A DNA stretch of 64,000 bases. Source: Lama glama (Eukaryota). Under the pieces are notes generated by a model that saw only the letters and a program-made list of their open reading frames with translations, had not been told where the DNA came from and did no database searches. Position 1 is the stretch's first letter. Each line of letters starts with the position of its first letter. The position numbers and the translations under genes were made by a program. The stretch is from NCBI GenBank assembly GCA_028534125.1, contig CM052816.1, positions 101,246,001-101,310,000 on the forward strand, in the 5' to 3' direction. Shown piece by piece: positions 1 through 12,240 of this stretch.

Positions 1-85
1 CGAGGACATCAGACAGATGACCGGGCAGCGGCCCAGCCTGTACTGGCGGCTGTGCTGGAAGTTCATCAGTCCCTGCTTCCTCTTG
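1..85 (+). CDS. SLC6A3: Dopamine transporter exon 12 (5'-truncated by window)
   Basis: Translates from base 2 as [28 protein letters not shown], matching DAT TM11; donor GTGAGG at 86. Confidence 0.96.
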
Positions 86-1257
86 GTGAGGGCCCGCTCT
101 GCCCAGTCCTCAGGCCACCCCAGAGCCAGCAGTGGCCACACCCAGGCTTGTCCTTGAGCGAAGCATAGCCTGAGGCTGGGGTGGGGCTCAGCGCTGCCTG
201 GGGACCCGGGTCTCTGGACAGCAGTCGGCAGGTCACAGGACGCTGCAGGAGGGCAGGCTGGCCGCTAGAATCCTCTGGTCTCCTGTAGGTGTGGCTCCCT
301 GCTGGACCCACTGAGAAACTTCACATGGGGTGCAGGGGGGTCTCCTACCCGATTAAAGCCGTGTGCATCCTGCTTGGAGGGAAGGCCAGAGATGAGCAAG
401 GCCGTCAGCTGACCTTTGCCTGAAGGACCACGATGGAATTCAGAGCTCGGGGGCGACAGGCACTCAGACCTCGAGGACAGTAGCCACTTGGACTGTCACA
501 GCGCAGCCCGGGGGGCCTCCCCAGGCACAGGCACCAGCGCGTCCAGCACCTGCCTGGTTTCTGCCATCTGGGCAGGGGGTTTGCAAGCTCAGGCCCACGG
601 CCAAGTCCACTGCTCACTTGTCACACTGGAGCATGGCTGTGCAGGGTCATTTACGACTGTCCGGGTGGTTGTGACCCAGCCCGGATGGCTCACGAAGCCT
701 GAACCATCTGCCCTGCCTGGTGGCCACAAACAGCTATTCAGGGGCTGTCCAGGTCTGAGAACAGCGCGTGGGCAGACGAGCACCTCCATGACCCTCCTCC
801 CGCCCAGCCAGCCCAGCAGTGCTCAGGGTGTGCGTGGACTGGGCAGGCAGCTCGGGCAGCCCCCACCATGGCCAGTGGGGGTGCAGGTCCTGGCCAAGCG
901 GCATTACCCCCGAGCTTCAGGACCTGCTCGTCACCCTGCCCACCTGGGAGCCTGGGCTCTGTTTCTCACCCGCTCATCCCAAGGGGTCACTCCAGGCCAG
1001 CGAGCGGTCCTGCTTTTCCTGGGGCGGCAATGTGGGAGGCTTGCAAAGGACAGTGGGAGAATGCCTGCCCCTAAGACCTAAGAGCTGGAGGTTCCGTGCG
1101 CCCCCCGGCCCGGTCCTGCCATAGCCTCCCGCTGCCCAGGTCCGTGTCTGCAGGGCCTGGGCGTGCAGGGGCACCCTCCACCAGAGAGGCCCACTCCTCC
1201 CCACCTCTCCCTGGCCCCAGCCCGGAGTTGCCCCTGACCCCTGTCCCTTGGTTTCAG

Positions 1258-1425
1258 TTCGTGGTTGTGGTCAGCATCGCCACCTACAGGCCCCCACACT
1301 ACGGCGCCTACGTCTTCCCCGAGTGGGCCAACGTGCTGGGCTGGGCCATCGCCGCGTCCTCCATGTGTATGGTCCCCGTCTACGCGGCCTACAAGCTCTG
1401 CAGCCTTCCCGGGTCCTTGCGGGAG
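1258..1425 (+). CDS. SLC6A3: Dopamine transporter exon 13 (TM12)
   Basis: tttcag acceptor; 168 nt; [56 protein letters not shown]; donor GTGCGT. Confidence 0.97.
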
Positions 1426-2825
1426 GTGCGTATTTGGACGGGGCTCCCTTGCCCTGCCCTTCCACCCAGCTGTGAGGCCACCAGCGAGGTCCGGTGGGTG
1501 TCATCGTCCCAGGCTGGCTCCCGCCTGCTCACCTCTGACTGCAGGAGGGCTGGAGAGGATAGCGATCATGCCGGAGACACCGGCCATGGGAGGAAGGGGG
1601 CTGCGCCTGTGTGTCTGCGTGTGTGGCCCTGTGTGTGCTTGTGTCCTCACAAGGGCACGTATGTGTGTGGACTTGCCTGTGTCTATGCCACATGTGTGCA
1701 TATGTGCTCTACAGAGTGTGGTGCAGGTGAGAAGGGCAGAGGTCTGGAGGGGTGGAATCAGGGGGCCCCATGTTCTCTCCTGGGGCCGAGCAGGGCCAGC
1801 GGGACCCCCAGGCTGGAGCCGTCATGTAGACCCGGGGGTTGCTCTGGTCCTCGCAGTCAGGCACCTGCTGGGAGGGTTGAGCTGGTCGCAGGGGTCCCTC
1901 CGCTTCACATCTTGGCACTGAGATTCCTGGAAGTGACAGAGGACATGGGCCTCCTTGGAAGGACCACTCACAAACCTGCTCAGAGCTATGGCTGGGAGTT
2001 CTTGGAAGCTGCTCTGTACCCAAATTCTGCAGTCTCTCTTAGGAACAGTGGGCAGTGAAGACCTGTTGCTGGTCCAAGGACCCCCCCCGGGGCCACGCAG
2101 CATCCCTAGGGTCTAATTGCCCAAGGTGGGTGTCCAGCTGGTCCCACAGCAGTCAGACGGACCAGAGGTGACAGGCATAGCACAGGGCAGGGTCACCAGG
2201 CCCTCAGGCTGCCCCCGCCTTCTTGGGGTCCCCGAAAAGCCAGATGGTGTTGTGTGATAGAGACCCCTCCCACAGCCCCCCTCGCTGGCAAGCAGGGACC
2301 AGCCCTGGAAAGAGCAGATGACAGGTCATCTCTGTGGGAGACCCCTCTGTGTCACCTGGGGAGGGAGGGCCTGACCCTCTGCCAGCCACACCCTGAACAT
2401 AAGCCACATAGAGTCTCAGTGCTGAGACAGGTGAGGCTGCCACTGCCATGTGGGGCAGTCCCTGGGGCAGCGACACCCTGAGGGGAAGCCTGGCCTCAGG
2501 GCCAGAGAGCCAGCTGCTCAGAGACGGCCAAGCCTGAGCTGCTGACGTGGGCAGGAGGCAGAAGGAAAGCTTCCCTAGGGAAGGTGGCAGAGAGCGGGAT
2601 CCTCGCCTGCCCACTGGGAGAGAGCATGGTCCACCTTCACTCAGGCCCCGCAAGCTTCACAGGGGACCAAACCCGCTCCAGTAGCGGCTCCCTTCAGGCT
2701 GGGCTGGACTCTGCTCTGGGGTCTGGGGACACCCGAGCCGACAGCTCCACATCCGAGTGCAGTCCACCTGGGCCCACTCACCCTGCTGGGCGGGGCAGGC
2801 TCCACAGCTGTTCCCTCTCTTCTAG

Positions 2826-2897
2826 AAACTGGCCTACGCCATCACGCCCGAGAAGGAGCGCCAGCGGGCGGACAGCGGGGAGGTGCGCCAGTTCACG
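2826..2897 (+). CDS. SLC6A3: Dopamine transporter exon 14
   Basis: Pyrimidine tract plus tag; 72 nt; KLAYAITPEKERQRADSGEVRQFT; donor GTGAGT. Confidence 0.97.
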
Positions 2898-3169
2898 GTG
2901 AGTGCCGCTCTCCCCATGCCAGTCGCAGGGGCGGCCTGGGTGGGTGCCCCCTCCTCCACCCCCCCAGCGAGGGGCCTGGTCAGGGCACCAGTATCAGCTG
3001 TGGGTGCTGCATGGCTGAGTCCTTCCAGGACATGGACACGTTGACTCGAAACCATGTATAGGGCACGACTGTAGGCAGGGGTGGGGGAGGGGAGGCCTAC
3101 TGGGACAGGAAACCTCCTCTTACGCAGACCGAAGGCGCAGGACACTCGGTCCCCACTGCACTTCCTGTC

Positions 3170-4450
3170 TTGTTAATTTCAGCTGTGTCCTGATTGCTCC
3201 CTTTTTTCATTAGGTCTACTCTGTTACACCTTTACTAACTTCTTAGTTTACACCTTAGATCGTCAATTTTCAACCTTTCTTCTTTTCTAATGTAAGCATT
3301 CAAGGCTAAGAATTTCCCTCAACGTACCCTGTTGGCTGCATTCCACAACTTCTGACAGAGCGTTTTATCATTTAGTTTTCAATGCATCTGAATTTTCACT
3401 GTGACTTCTTCATCCCAAGAGTTGCTTAGAAGTCAGCTTTTGAATTCCCAAGTATATGGAGATGTTTGATCTTTCTGTTACTAATTTCTAAATTAATTTC
3501 ATTGTGATCAGGTACCGTTTCACTCATTCTTTGAAGAACGTTGAGCTTCCTTTATGGCCAGTACCTAGTGGACTCTCGTGCGTGGTGCGTGCGCCTTTAG
3601 ATGTGGTGCGTTCTTCAGCAGTTGATCTCCTTCTGTTCGTTGGGGTAGGCTTGTAGTCATGTTCAGACCTTCTACAACATTGCTGATTCTGGCTCTGTCT
3701 GACCGTTATTAACTGGGAGATATTTAACGGGCTACCCCACCTTGAAAGTGTATTTGTCCAGTTTCCCCAGGTTTTGCTCTATTTTGAGCCTGTCTTCTGA
3801 GACAGAGACATGTTCAGAATCATCACATCTTCCTGGTGACTTCTCTCCCTTGTGATGGTCTTGCCCTGAAACCCTGTCTGTCTGAGATGACCACAGCTGC
3901 ACTAGGTTTCTTCGGAGTTAACCTGAAATATCTTTTGTAACCCTTTAACTTCCAACTTTGCAGTCATCTTAAAACGCAGGTGTCTTTCGCAGACCTCGAG
4001 CACACTGGCATGCCTCCCTCTGGCAGGTGGGCAGGTTGATCCATTTACATGCTGTGACTACCAATACGCTGGGCTTGAGTCTGCTCTTTGTAAGTCTTGC
4101 ATTTTTTAATGTTTATTTTTTGCTCTTTATTGCCTTTTATGATTGGTTTTTTCCTTATTCTACTTTTTCCTCTCTGTTATGAACCTACATACTTTATTCT
4201 ATTAACTTCCTAGTTGTTTTTGAAATTGTACCACGCGTATTTCAAGTATAAAGTTAAATATTTTCTGACCCCCATCCTGAATATTACAAGGACTTCAGTT
4301 TTCCTCCCACAGTTTTCAGCAAATATTCAGAAATATTTGGCTATTGTTTCTTCGATTTTTTTGCTCCGCCCCCTTCCACTTACACACGTATCTTCGGTCG
4401 CCTTATTCTCTCTGCTCTGTGGTTTTATTTTGCTTTCTGTTGCCCTTGTT
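3170..4450 (-). mobile_element. Old LINE-1 fragment (ORF2 endonuclease region), antisense in SLC6A3 intron 14
   Basis: Abrupt T-rich block in GC-rich DNA resembling antisense L1M ORF2; boundaries approximate. Confidence 0.7.
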
Positions 4451-6692
4451 TAGTTCACTAAGTGTTTTCCTCTGCAAAGCCCGACTCTTTGAAAACCCGC
4501 CCAGCACAGCCGCCGTCTCCCACGTGGCGGTTCTCCTCCCTAGAGGCCCAGCTGGGCCCCTTTGTGTCCCTCGTGCCCGCCTACCTCTTGGGACGCGGAG
4601 CGCAGCAGTGGCCACCGGAAGGCCCTTGTGCGCCGGCACCGGTGTCTGTGTCTGTGTCGTGTCCGTCCTGGCTCAGTTTCCTCACAAGGGCTGGATTCTG
4701 CTGCCGCTTTTCGTGTTCAGTCGTTTTTCATCGTGCGCCGCATGTTGTGAGTTTTACCTCGTTAGGTGCTTTCCTTTCGATGCTCGCGAGCTTTGTTCTG
4801 GGACGTTGTTAAGTTACCCGGAGACAGCTTGATCTTTGGGGGACTTGCTTTTTAAGACTTGCGAGGTGGGACCAGAGCAGCGTTTGGTGCGAGGCTAATG
4901 GTTCCCGCTGCTGGAGCGAGACCTTCCTGAACACCGTCCCCAGGACCCCAGCATCCATGTGATACTCTTGTTCACCTGCAGGGGGACACAGCTCCCGGCC
5001 TGTGCATTTCTGAGGTGTCCCCCAAATCCTGCCAGGAGGGTCTCCCTGGCTTTGGGGGCACTGAGAATAGCTGACCCCCGGGGACCCTGCACACTCACTC
5101 TGAAACTCCAGCCTGTGAACTCAGCGGCCTTGGGCTCCCCAGTGCTCAGCCCATCCCATCAGCCTAGGGGGTCACTGGGCCCTACCTGGCCTCTTCCCCG
5201 TGATGAACCTAGAAGGTCCCCGGAGGCCATGCTGGGGGCAGCGGGGTGGCTCACCCGGCTCATCTCTCTGGGCTCTCCGTCCTTTGTAGTCTGACATCCT
5301 AGTCTGGGAAATCATTATTATATGCACTTTGTTCATTTTACGCTGCTTCGGGGGATAGGGTCACTCCATCTGGACCAGCAGCACCTTTGCATGTGGCTCT
5401 GGTCCCTTCCCTCCGAGGCTGCCCAGCACCCGTGTTACGTCGTTACTTAAGCTCCATCTCGTATCCCCTGCCTTGTCCTGTTTCACCGCCAGCCCCATTC
5501 TGACTCCGTCTCTGGAGGCTGCCTCTGGCCTGCTGTTTCTGGTGAGCATCACTGTAAGCCACTCATTTCACTTCTTAAATCGTTTCCTGCATAGCTGCCC
5601 CCAAACCTGACGGCTGGTGCATGGGGGTCTGAGCTGAGCTCTGGTGTGTGCTGATTCACGCACAGTGGGCTGCTGTCCATGTGTGTGGTCTTCTGGTTGA
5701 GGGCCAGTTCAGCTGCGGGAATCCTGAGCGGCCTGTGAGTTCACTTCCTCCAGAGGACCACCTCTGGCTCGTCTGCGGCAGGACAGGGGCTCGGGCCTCA
5801 GCTGGGGCCTGAGTGCGGCTCCCCAGCCCCTGCATGGCTCTGGCGTCACCACGGAGCCACTGCTCTGGCCACAGGGCCGCTCTCGCTGCTCACGGTCAGG
5901 CCCCGCCCACTGGCTCCCTTCGCGACCACGCAGGTGTGTCCTGAGCAGGGCTGGCGGCGCCGCACAGGCTTCTGGGGTAGTAGAGAGCCTGTCGTGGGGC
6001 CAGCGGGAGACCTGGCACCTCCCCGTCCCCCGCGTGGCGTGTCAGAAACAAGCCTTCGTGCTCTCATTTGGAAACGTTTGCAAAACAGTTCTTGCCATTT
6101 TGTGCGATCGAATGGCTTATGCTCAAAAATAGGCTGAAGGAGCAGCTGCGTAATGACAGGCGGTGACATCTGTGGACAACTAAAGAGCGGCCGCCATCCA
6201 TCTCGTCTGCCCCGCGGGGCACACGCGGCCTCATCCACACTGCCTGGGGTCACACAGAGAAGATGGAGCGCAGGGCGCGGGTTTCACGGGGACGATCAGA
6301 GGCCCCAGGAGAGTGGCTGCAGGGGGCCTGGGGCATCACAGGTCCTGTGAGCTGGCGGGGGTGCCCTGAGACCAGCCCAGGCTTGCCAGCACCCAGCGTC
6401 CACCCAGCAGCTGATGTCACGCTGAAGTCTGGGGGTCGCAGAGGCTGCTGGCCTGTGCTCTGGCCCCTCTGTGCTCCCCGATGGCTCTGTGTGCAGCGAT
6501 GACTTCCCTTCATAAGGTTAAAGCAGGCACCCGGTCTGTCGTGTACCGGGAGCAGCGCTGTGCCCCCCGCCCACTCCCACCATCCACTCTGCTGAGGGGT
6601 CCCCAGCGACAAGCCGGGCCCTCAGCCGAGGAGCCGCCCTTATCCAAGCAGCTCCTCCCTTCGCTTCTGAACCAACCCTCTTTTCTTTTCAG

Positions 6693-6716
6693 CTCCGCCA
6701 CTGGCTCGTGGTGTAA
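6693..6716 (+). CDS. SLC6A3: Dopamine transporter exon 15, coding part
   Basis: Long pyrimidine tract plus cag; LRHWLVV-TAA (human LRHWLKV). Confidence 0.95.
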   Translation, partial: LRHWLVV

Positions 6717-7956
6717 GGGAGCAGAGAAGGGAGACCCCAGGCGCCGACCGCTGCAGGACAGACGAAAACGAAGAAGGAAAACCTGAGCTTAAGAGAAAGG
6801 AGGGCTGCTCCTCTCTGTAGCCTCTGCTCCACTGGACACGCGCGTCTCCACCCCTGACGTCCATGCCCTCTCGGCCGCGGGGAGGCGCCCCGCCCGTCCG
6901 CGCCGCTGTGTAACTCACGTAGCCTGTGCTGCTCCGCAGGTAGCAACGCCGGAGTCCTGTGCCGTGTGTGTAGAGCTGGCCCCTCCCCGCCGCACCCACC
7001 CCAGCGCCCCCACAGCCCACACCTGCTGTCACCCGTGTGCTGAGAAGCACCATGACTGTAGATTACAGATTCTCTGCTGAGAATCCCAGCGCTCACAGTA
7101 GCTTCCTGGATCCTTTGTTTCACTCATATTAAAAAACCAAGTGTCTATTCTGCCTGATTGTGCAGAGGTGAGACGGAGGAGGCCGCACAGAAGATGACAG
7201 CGTGGGGCCGCGCATCCCCACGTCACCCGTCCGCTCAGCCCCCACGGGGGTGGGGGCCGGGTGTGCAGTGGGAGCGCTGTCTATTTCCTTGCAGCCGAGG
7301 GAACAGAGCTCCGCCAAGTCCGCGTGGGCTGCCGCCACCCCTGCCCGATGTGCGTCCCAGAGAGCTCTTGGCCACCTCACCGTGGACACCCTGCTCTGGA
7401 GAAAGCGAGCTCCCCGGGAACGGGAGACCGTCCCCCGCGTGGGCCCTGACCGCGCAGACCCTGTCCCGAGGCCGCGGCCTGGACACCCCGACCTCGGGGG
7501 GAGACCCCGCCGGGATCTCTCCGGGCACCTGTCGCATCAGTAACAGCGCTCGTTCCCTTAGGGAACGGCTTTTGGCACTCTGCTTACCTGTGCATCAGAA
7601 CCAGCACTCAGCATCCGGGCTGGTTTCTGAAATCTGCCTGCTCATGTCCTGCTGTTGACGAGGATTTGGACTGTTGACCAAGGACCATTCCCCGCACGGC
7701 CGCCCGGGGGCTGGCCGTGTGCTCTGGGCCGGCTCCAGCCCGCGGAGCCTTCTCGGCCATCCCTGCGAGCGGACCTCAGCCCAGGCGCGGTGGAACCAGC
7801 CACTCGGGGGGAGCCAGCGTGTCAGCCGGAGCTTGCGTGCAGTTCTGGGGGGAACCGGGTCCCTTGTCCTGTCCAGGAGTGCCCCGTGCTCATGTAAAAC
7901 CCTGTGTCGTCCATGTCCATCGGTCTCCACCGGGGCCTCCTGTGGTCGTCACCAAC

Positions 7957-7962
7957 AATAAA
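7957..7962 (+). terminator. SLC6A3: Probable SLC6A3 polyadenylation signal (3'UTR about 1.25 kb)
   Basis: First AATAAA after the stop codon, GT-rich sequence downstream; a variant ATTAAA also lies at 7128-7133. Confidence 0.7.
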
Positions 7963-9119
7963 GAAACCCGTGGGAAAATGGCCGTGGCTCTGTGGCCACG
8001 TTCTTGCTTAGCCCACCGTTTCGCCAGGGCCGGCTGCCTCGGGCCCCACTCCCCTCCCGCCAGAACTGCCTTCACGCGCTTCTTCTGAGCCGAAAGGGAG
8101 CACAGCTGGGGCCCCTGCAGGTCTGCTGGGCTTACCCGGAACCTGCCCAGGGCCCCGCTGGCTCAGTGCTGCCCCGTCCTGCCCCCCCACCCCATCCTGC
8201 CTCACATCCAGACTCCAGCCCTGCAGTGTGACCACCGCCACTGCCCAGCCCAAGTGCCTCTTCTGGGGACATGACACCAGAGTCCCGAGTGGCTCCCTGC
8301 CTTAGGTCCCTAAAGATCTCTTGCCCACTCTGTGGCTAAAGGGGTCCTTCTCTTCACCAGTCAGCTCTGGCCACAGCCCAGAGGAGGCCCCTGTGGTGGG
8401 TCATGGTGCCTGGAATAGACACTGACGCCCCTGCTGTGATCAGTGGTCAGGCAGCTGTGACCCGCCTGATAGGACACTGGTCTCTCTGCCAGGCCCCCGT
8501 CCTGCCCCAGCCAGGGATCCCGCGGGCACACCCATACCGGGCCCACATGATCTTTCTTTTCCCAAATCCCCCGAGCACATCCTCCTTTCCCAGGGACCAC
8601 AGAGCCCACACCAGCTGCTCCTGGCGGCTCCTCCCCACCAGCCACATAGTGATGGGCCTCACCTGGACCATCCAGCACCTCCTGGTGCTGCTCTCCTGGG
8701 GTCCTGTCTGCCCCCGGATGTAGCTCTCCCATCTCCGGGACCTGTCTCCCCACGGTCTGCTTCTGGGTCAGCCTCCAGGTGTCACAGGTGAAGACGTCAT
8801 AGCCAATCCTGGGCTGGGCACAAAACTCACCCCAAGGGGACAAAGGCCTGATCTCAGTGCCACCCAGTCCCCCTCCTACCGCTGAGGTCCACTGTGACTC
8901 ACCGTTCTCAGCCTCTGTGGCGCGGGCAGGACCCCGGCCATTTCTGTCCCTGCGGTCCCCTCACCCCACAGCTTCCTGGAAGAAATTTGTGAGTCAAGCC
9001 CCAGCCCCAGAGGCTTCAGGGGCCTCTCCCCAGGCGAGCGGAGCTGTGAGGATAGAGGCTCGGAGTGGAAAAGACGTCCCAGAGCTCCCAGGGCTGTCCT
9101 TCCTCCATGTCCCCCGACC

Positions 9120-9330
9120 CACGGGGACACACGTGCCCACAGACACACCCCATGCGTGCTGCACTTGTCTTACACACCTCGAGACGTGCTGAACATGGCA
9201 CCCATGCCCACGTACACATGCAGGACACACACATCACGCCCACGCACACGAGCCCCTGCACACACGCACACGCAAGCCCACATGGCCAGCTGCCCCTCAC
9301 ACGCGAGAGTGCACGTGCACACTCAGCTGC
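9120..9330. repeat. Degenerate (CA/CACG)n low-complexity tract
   Basis: Runs such as cacacacgcacacgc. Confidence 0.7.
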
Positions 9331-9584
9331 AGTGCCCAGGGCCTCTCTGGACAGTCTGGGGCCGCTCTGGGGAGCCAGGCTGCCCTGGGACAGCGGGGGG
9401 TTCTTGCCTCCACAGCCCCTGGGTCCTGACAGGGTCTCGCTGGTGTCCCATCCTCAAGTGTCTGAGCTGGGGTCCTGCCCGGGAGCTGAGCCACATCAGG
9501 AAGCGACAAAGGGCTTACAGCCTGCACATGTAAACAACTCCCACAAATCAATAAGACCAAGAAGAACTACGATTCTGAACCCAA

Positions 9585-10353
9585 GTCCAGTGTGTGGGGG
9601 GTTTCCCACCCCTCCGAGCAGCTCTCAGGCGCTAGCTGGGTGTCCGACAATTCAGTTCAGCTCTGATGCTGCCCACCTGGAGGTGGTGTCTGACCCCATG
9701 GGTTCAGGGCTCTGTCCCACACGACTGCCCCGCCTCAGATGCCAGTCACAGTCCAGGCTGTCACCTGTGTTTCCCGAGGGCTCGAGGTCAGGGGTGCCAA
9801 CAACCACTCCTCAGGTTCGATGAACCCCCTGGCCCGGCTCCCGGGACTCAGGAACCCACTGTTCCCACCGCGGCACCAGGACACAGGGGCTTCTGCCTTC
9901 GTAGAGGCTGGGGCCCCAGGGGAGTGTTCTGGGTCCTCAACCCAGAAGCTCTCTGAACACCCTTCTGCAGGTTTTTATGGAGGCTTCATTACACAGACAC
10001 GATTGATTAAATCATTGGCCACTGGGGAGTGGCTCAACCTCCAGCCCCTCTCCCCTCCTCGGAGGTGGGGACTGAAAGCTCCAACCCTCTAGTCTGTGGT
10101 CAGCTCCCGGCCTCCAGCTCCACCTTAGACGCTTCCAAGTCTCTTCATTCACGTCAAGCCCGCTGTGGGGGGAGGGGCTTGGCATGGACAGTGAGACACC
10201 CCCTCGCTGTCCTTGCTTTGAAGCTGCGGACAAGAGACCAAATATCGTCGAGAAAGACGATCCTGCAGCTGTTACTGCCCAGGAAGTTCCGAGGGTTTTG
10301 TGAGCAGCCCTGAGCGGTGGGGGGGAGGCGGCGTGACTGCTCACAGCGTCACA
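9585..10353 (-). mobile_element. MER21-family ERVL solo LTR
   Basis: ttttatggaggcttcattacac...gattgattaaatcattggcca...ccagcccctctcccctcc...ctgaaagctccaaccctcta is the reverse complement of the recalled MER21 consensus; ends in tcaca. Confidence 0.75.
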
Positions 10354-11249
10354 GTCACACGCAGCCGCCTAACAGCCCAACAGGGAAAGGGTAGGACCCT
10401 TGGCCGGGGGCCCGGCAGTGAGCCTGTGTGAGACGCCCGAGCTCGGTCGCCAGCCCTGACAGGATGCCTCCCTCACCCGCCGCCCCAGCCGGTTTCAGCA
10501 GCTGACACCCCGCCAGTGAGCGGGGGCGACAGGAACAGTCACATCTGTACAGGAGAGGCGCCCCGCGGTGAGCGGGGAAGAGCCGGCCTTGTCTGCAGGC
10601 GCAGCCCCGTCACGTGGGGTTCCTCCTGCCGTCGGGTGCGGCCGCTCCCCGCCTGCTGCAGGTGCAGCTCCAGCGCTCGCGCCTGGACCCCCCAGCACCT
10701 GCCAGGTGGCCCGCCCCGGCCACCACTGTCTGAGCCGAGCCTACCATCCCCGCTCCAGGTCTGCTCTGCCGTGGTCCGTGCTCTGGGCTCCCCGTGGGTG
10801 ACACCCCACCACTGAATCGGGGGAACCCCATTTCAGGCTCTGTTTCTCAGGAGTCCCAGCCCGAGAAGGTGCACGTCCCCAAACACAGTTCCGCCTCTAA
10901 CTGCACGCCCAGCAGAACGAGCATGGCCGGCAGTCAGGACACACGTGTGAGAGGGCTCTCGAGCCCAAGTTGGAACCACAGAGACACAGGCCGGTGCCGA
11001 GCGGACACGTTTCAGCTCAGCGAGGCCGGCCTGTCGGCAGACGGCACTGACCAGCAGGGCAGAGCAGGGCGGCAGCCCTCAGACTGTGACCTTGCTGGAA
11101 GCACGTGGTCGTCACTGTGCCGGGAAGCATCAGAGGGCTGGACAGGCTGGAGCCCCTGTTGTCCCGCAGACTCACGACACAGGGGCTGCCATCTTCCAGG
11201 GCTAGCCGTGTGGTGACGGGAGGCATCTTCCCACACAGGCAACGCATGT

Positions 11250-11540
11250 GAGAGGTGGGTTAGTTAAGACGAGCAGCAATGTGCCTGGTGACCTTACAGA
11301 TGGAGAGAGACACAGAGACACACCCAGGAGACGGCGTGTGACCGCCTCCAGAGAGGCCAGAGTGATGCCGGGGTCACCGGGCACCAGACGCTGGGAGGGA
11401 GGGAGGCTGGGCCGCACGCCCTCTCAGGGCCCCACAGGAGGGACCAGCCCCACCCACAGCTGACTTCAGGCTCGCTTCCAGAGAGAACGAATTCCTGGCG
11501 GTCCTGGCCCACGGCCTCGGTGCTCCCAGGACACTGGCAC
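11250..11540 (+). mobile_element. MLT1-type MaLR LTR fragment
   Basis: ctggtgaccttacaga...gacacagagacacac...gagggaccagccccacccacagctgacttcag layout typical of MLT1. Confidence 0.55.
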
Positions 11541-11984
11541 AGACGGCGAGCCTGCCGGACGTCCGGGACCGCCTCGGCACTCCAGACCCACCCGCCTCCC
11601 CTGCTGCCTCCCCCTGCCTGGTGCCTCCCCTTGTTCTCCACCCGGAACAATCTCCTTCGTACTCCCGGCCCCTGCTTTCCAACCACTTACCTCTGCCGCC
11701 ATCACAGCTTCTCTTGGACACCACCTCTGAAAGCCTGCTCCGACCCCTGCCTCTGTGCTGGGCCCCTGGTCAGCGCTCCTCGAACCTCCCCCACTCTCCC
11801 CAGGCCTCCCCAGCAGGTGTCCCATGGGAGGGAGCATGCTCACTGTCTCCCCGGTGTGTGGAGAGCTCCCCTGGGAATGAGCCGGCCCCATTCGCTTCTG
11901 CCAGCGTCTACAATGGACCTGCACACAGCAGACAGTGGGGCTTGATGCGCACTTACAGATGAATGAGTTAAGGGGTAGGTATTT

Positions 11985-12240
11985 AGATGGCTGGGCAGCG
12001 GGTGGATAGGAGGAGGAGGGGAGAAAGGAGGGAGGGAAGAGGGGTGGAAGAATGGGTGGGCGGGTGAAGTCTAGACAGACGAAGGAGGGAGGGAGGGCCG
12101 ATGGCAAGCAGTTGGGCTGATGGGTGGATAAATGGATGAATGGTGGACGGGTGGACGGGTGGACGGATGGGTGAGTGGATGGAGGGGCACTTGGGTGGGT
12201 GGACGGGCAGGCGGGTGGGTGGAAGCACAGATGATGGAAG
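11985..12240. repeat. G-rich (GGAT/GGAC/GGGT)n simple repeat
   Basis: ggtggacgggtggacgggtggacggatgggtgagtggatgga. Confidence 0.8.

Noticed and set aside
1096-2058. 320-aa ORF
   Set aside because: Only 1258-1425 is DAT exon 13; the rest is intron read-through.
6717-7990. Human-type 40-bp VNTR in the SLC6A3 3'UTR
   Set aside because: No tandem array is visible; absence is expected outside primates.
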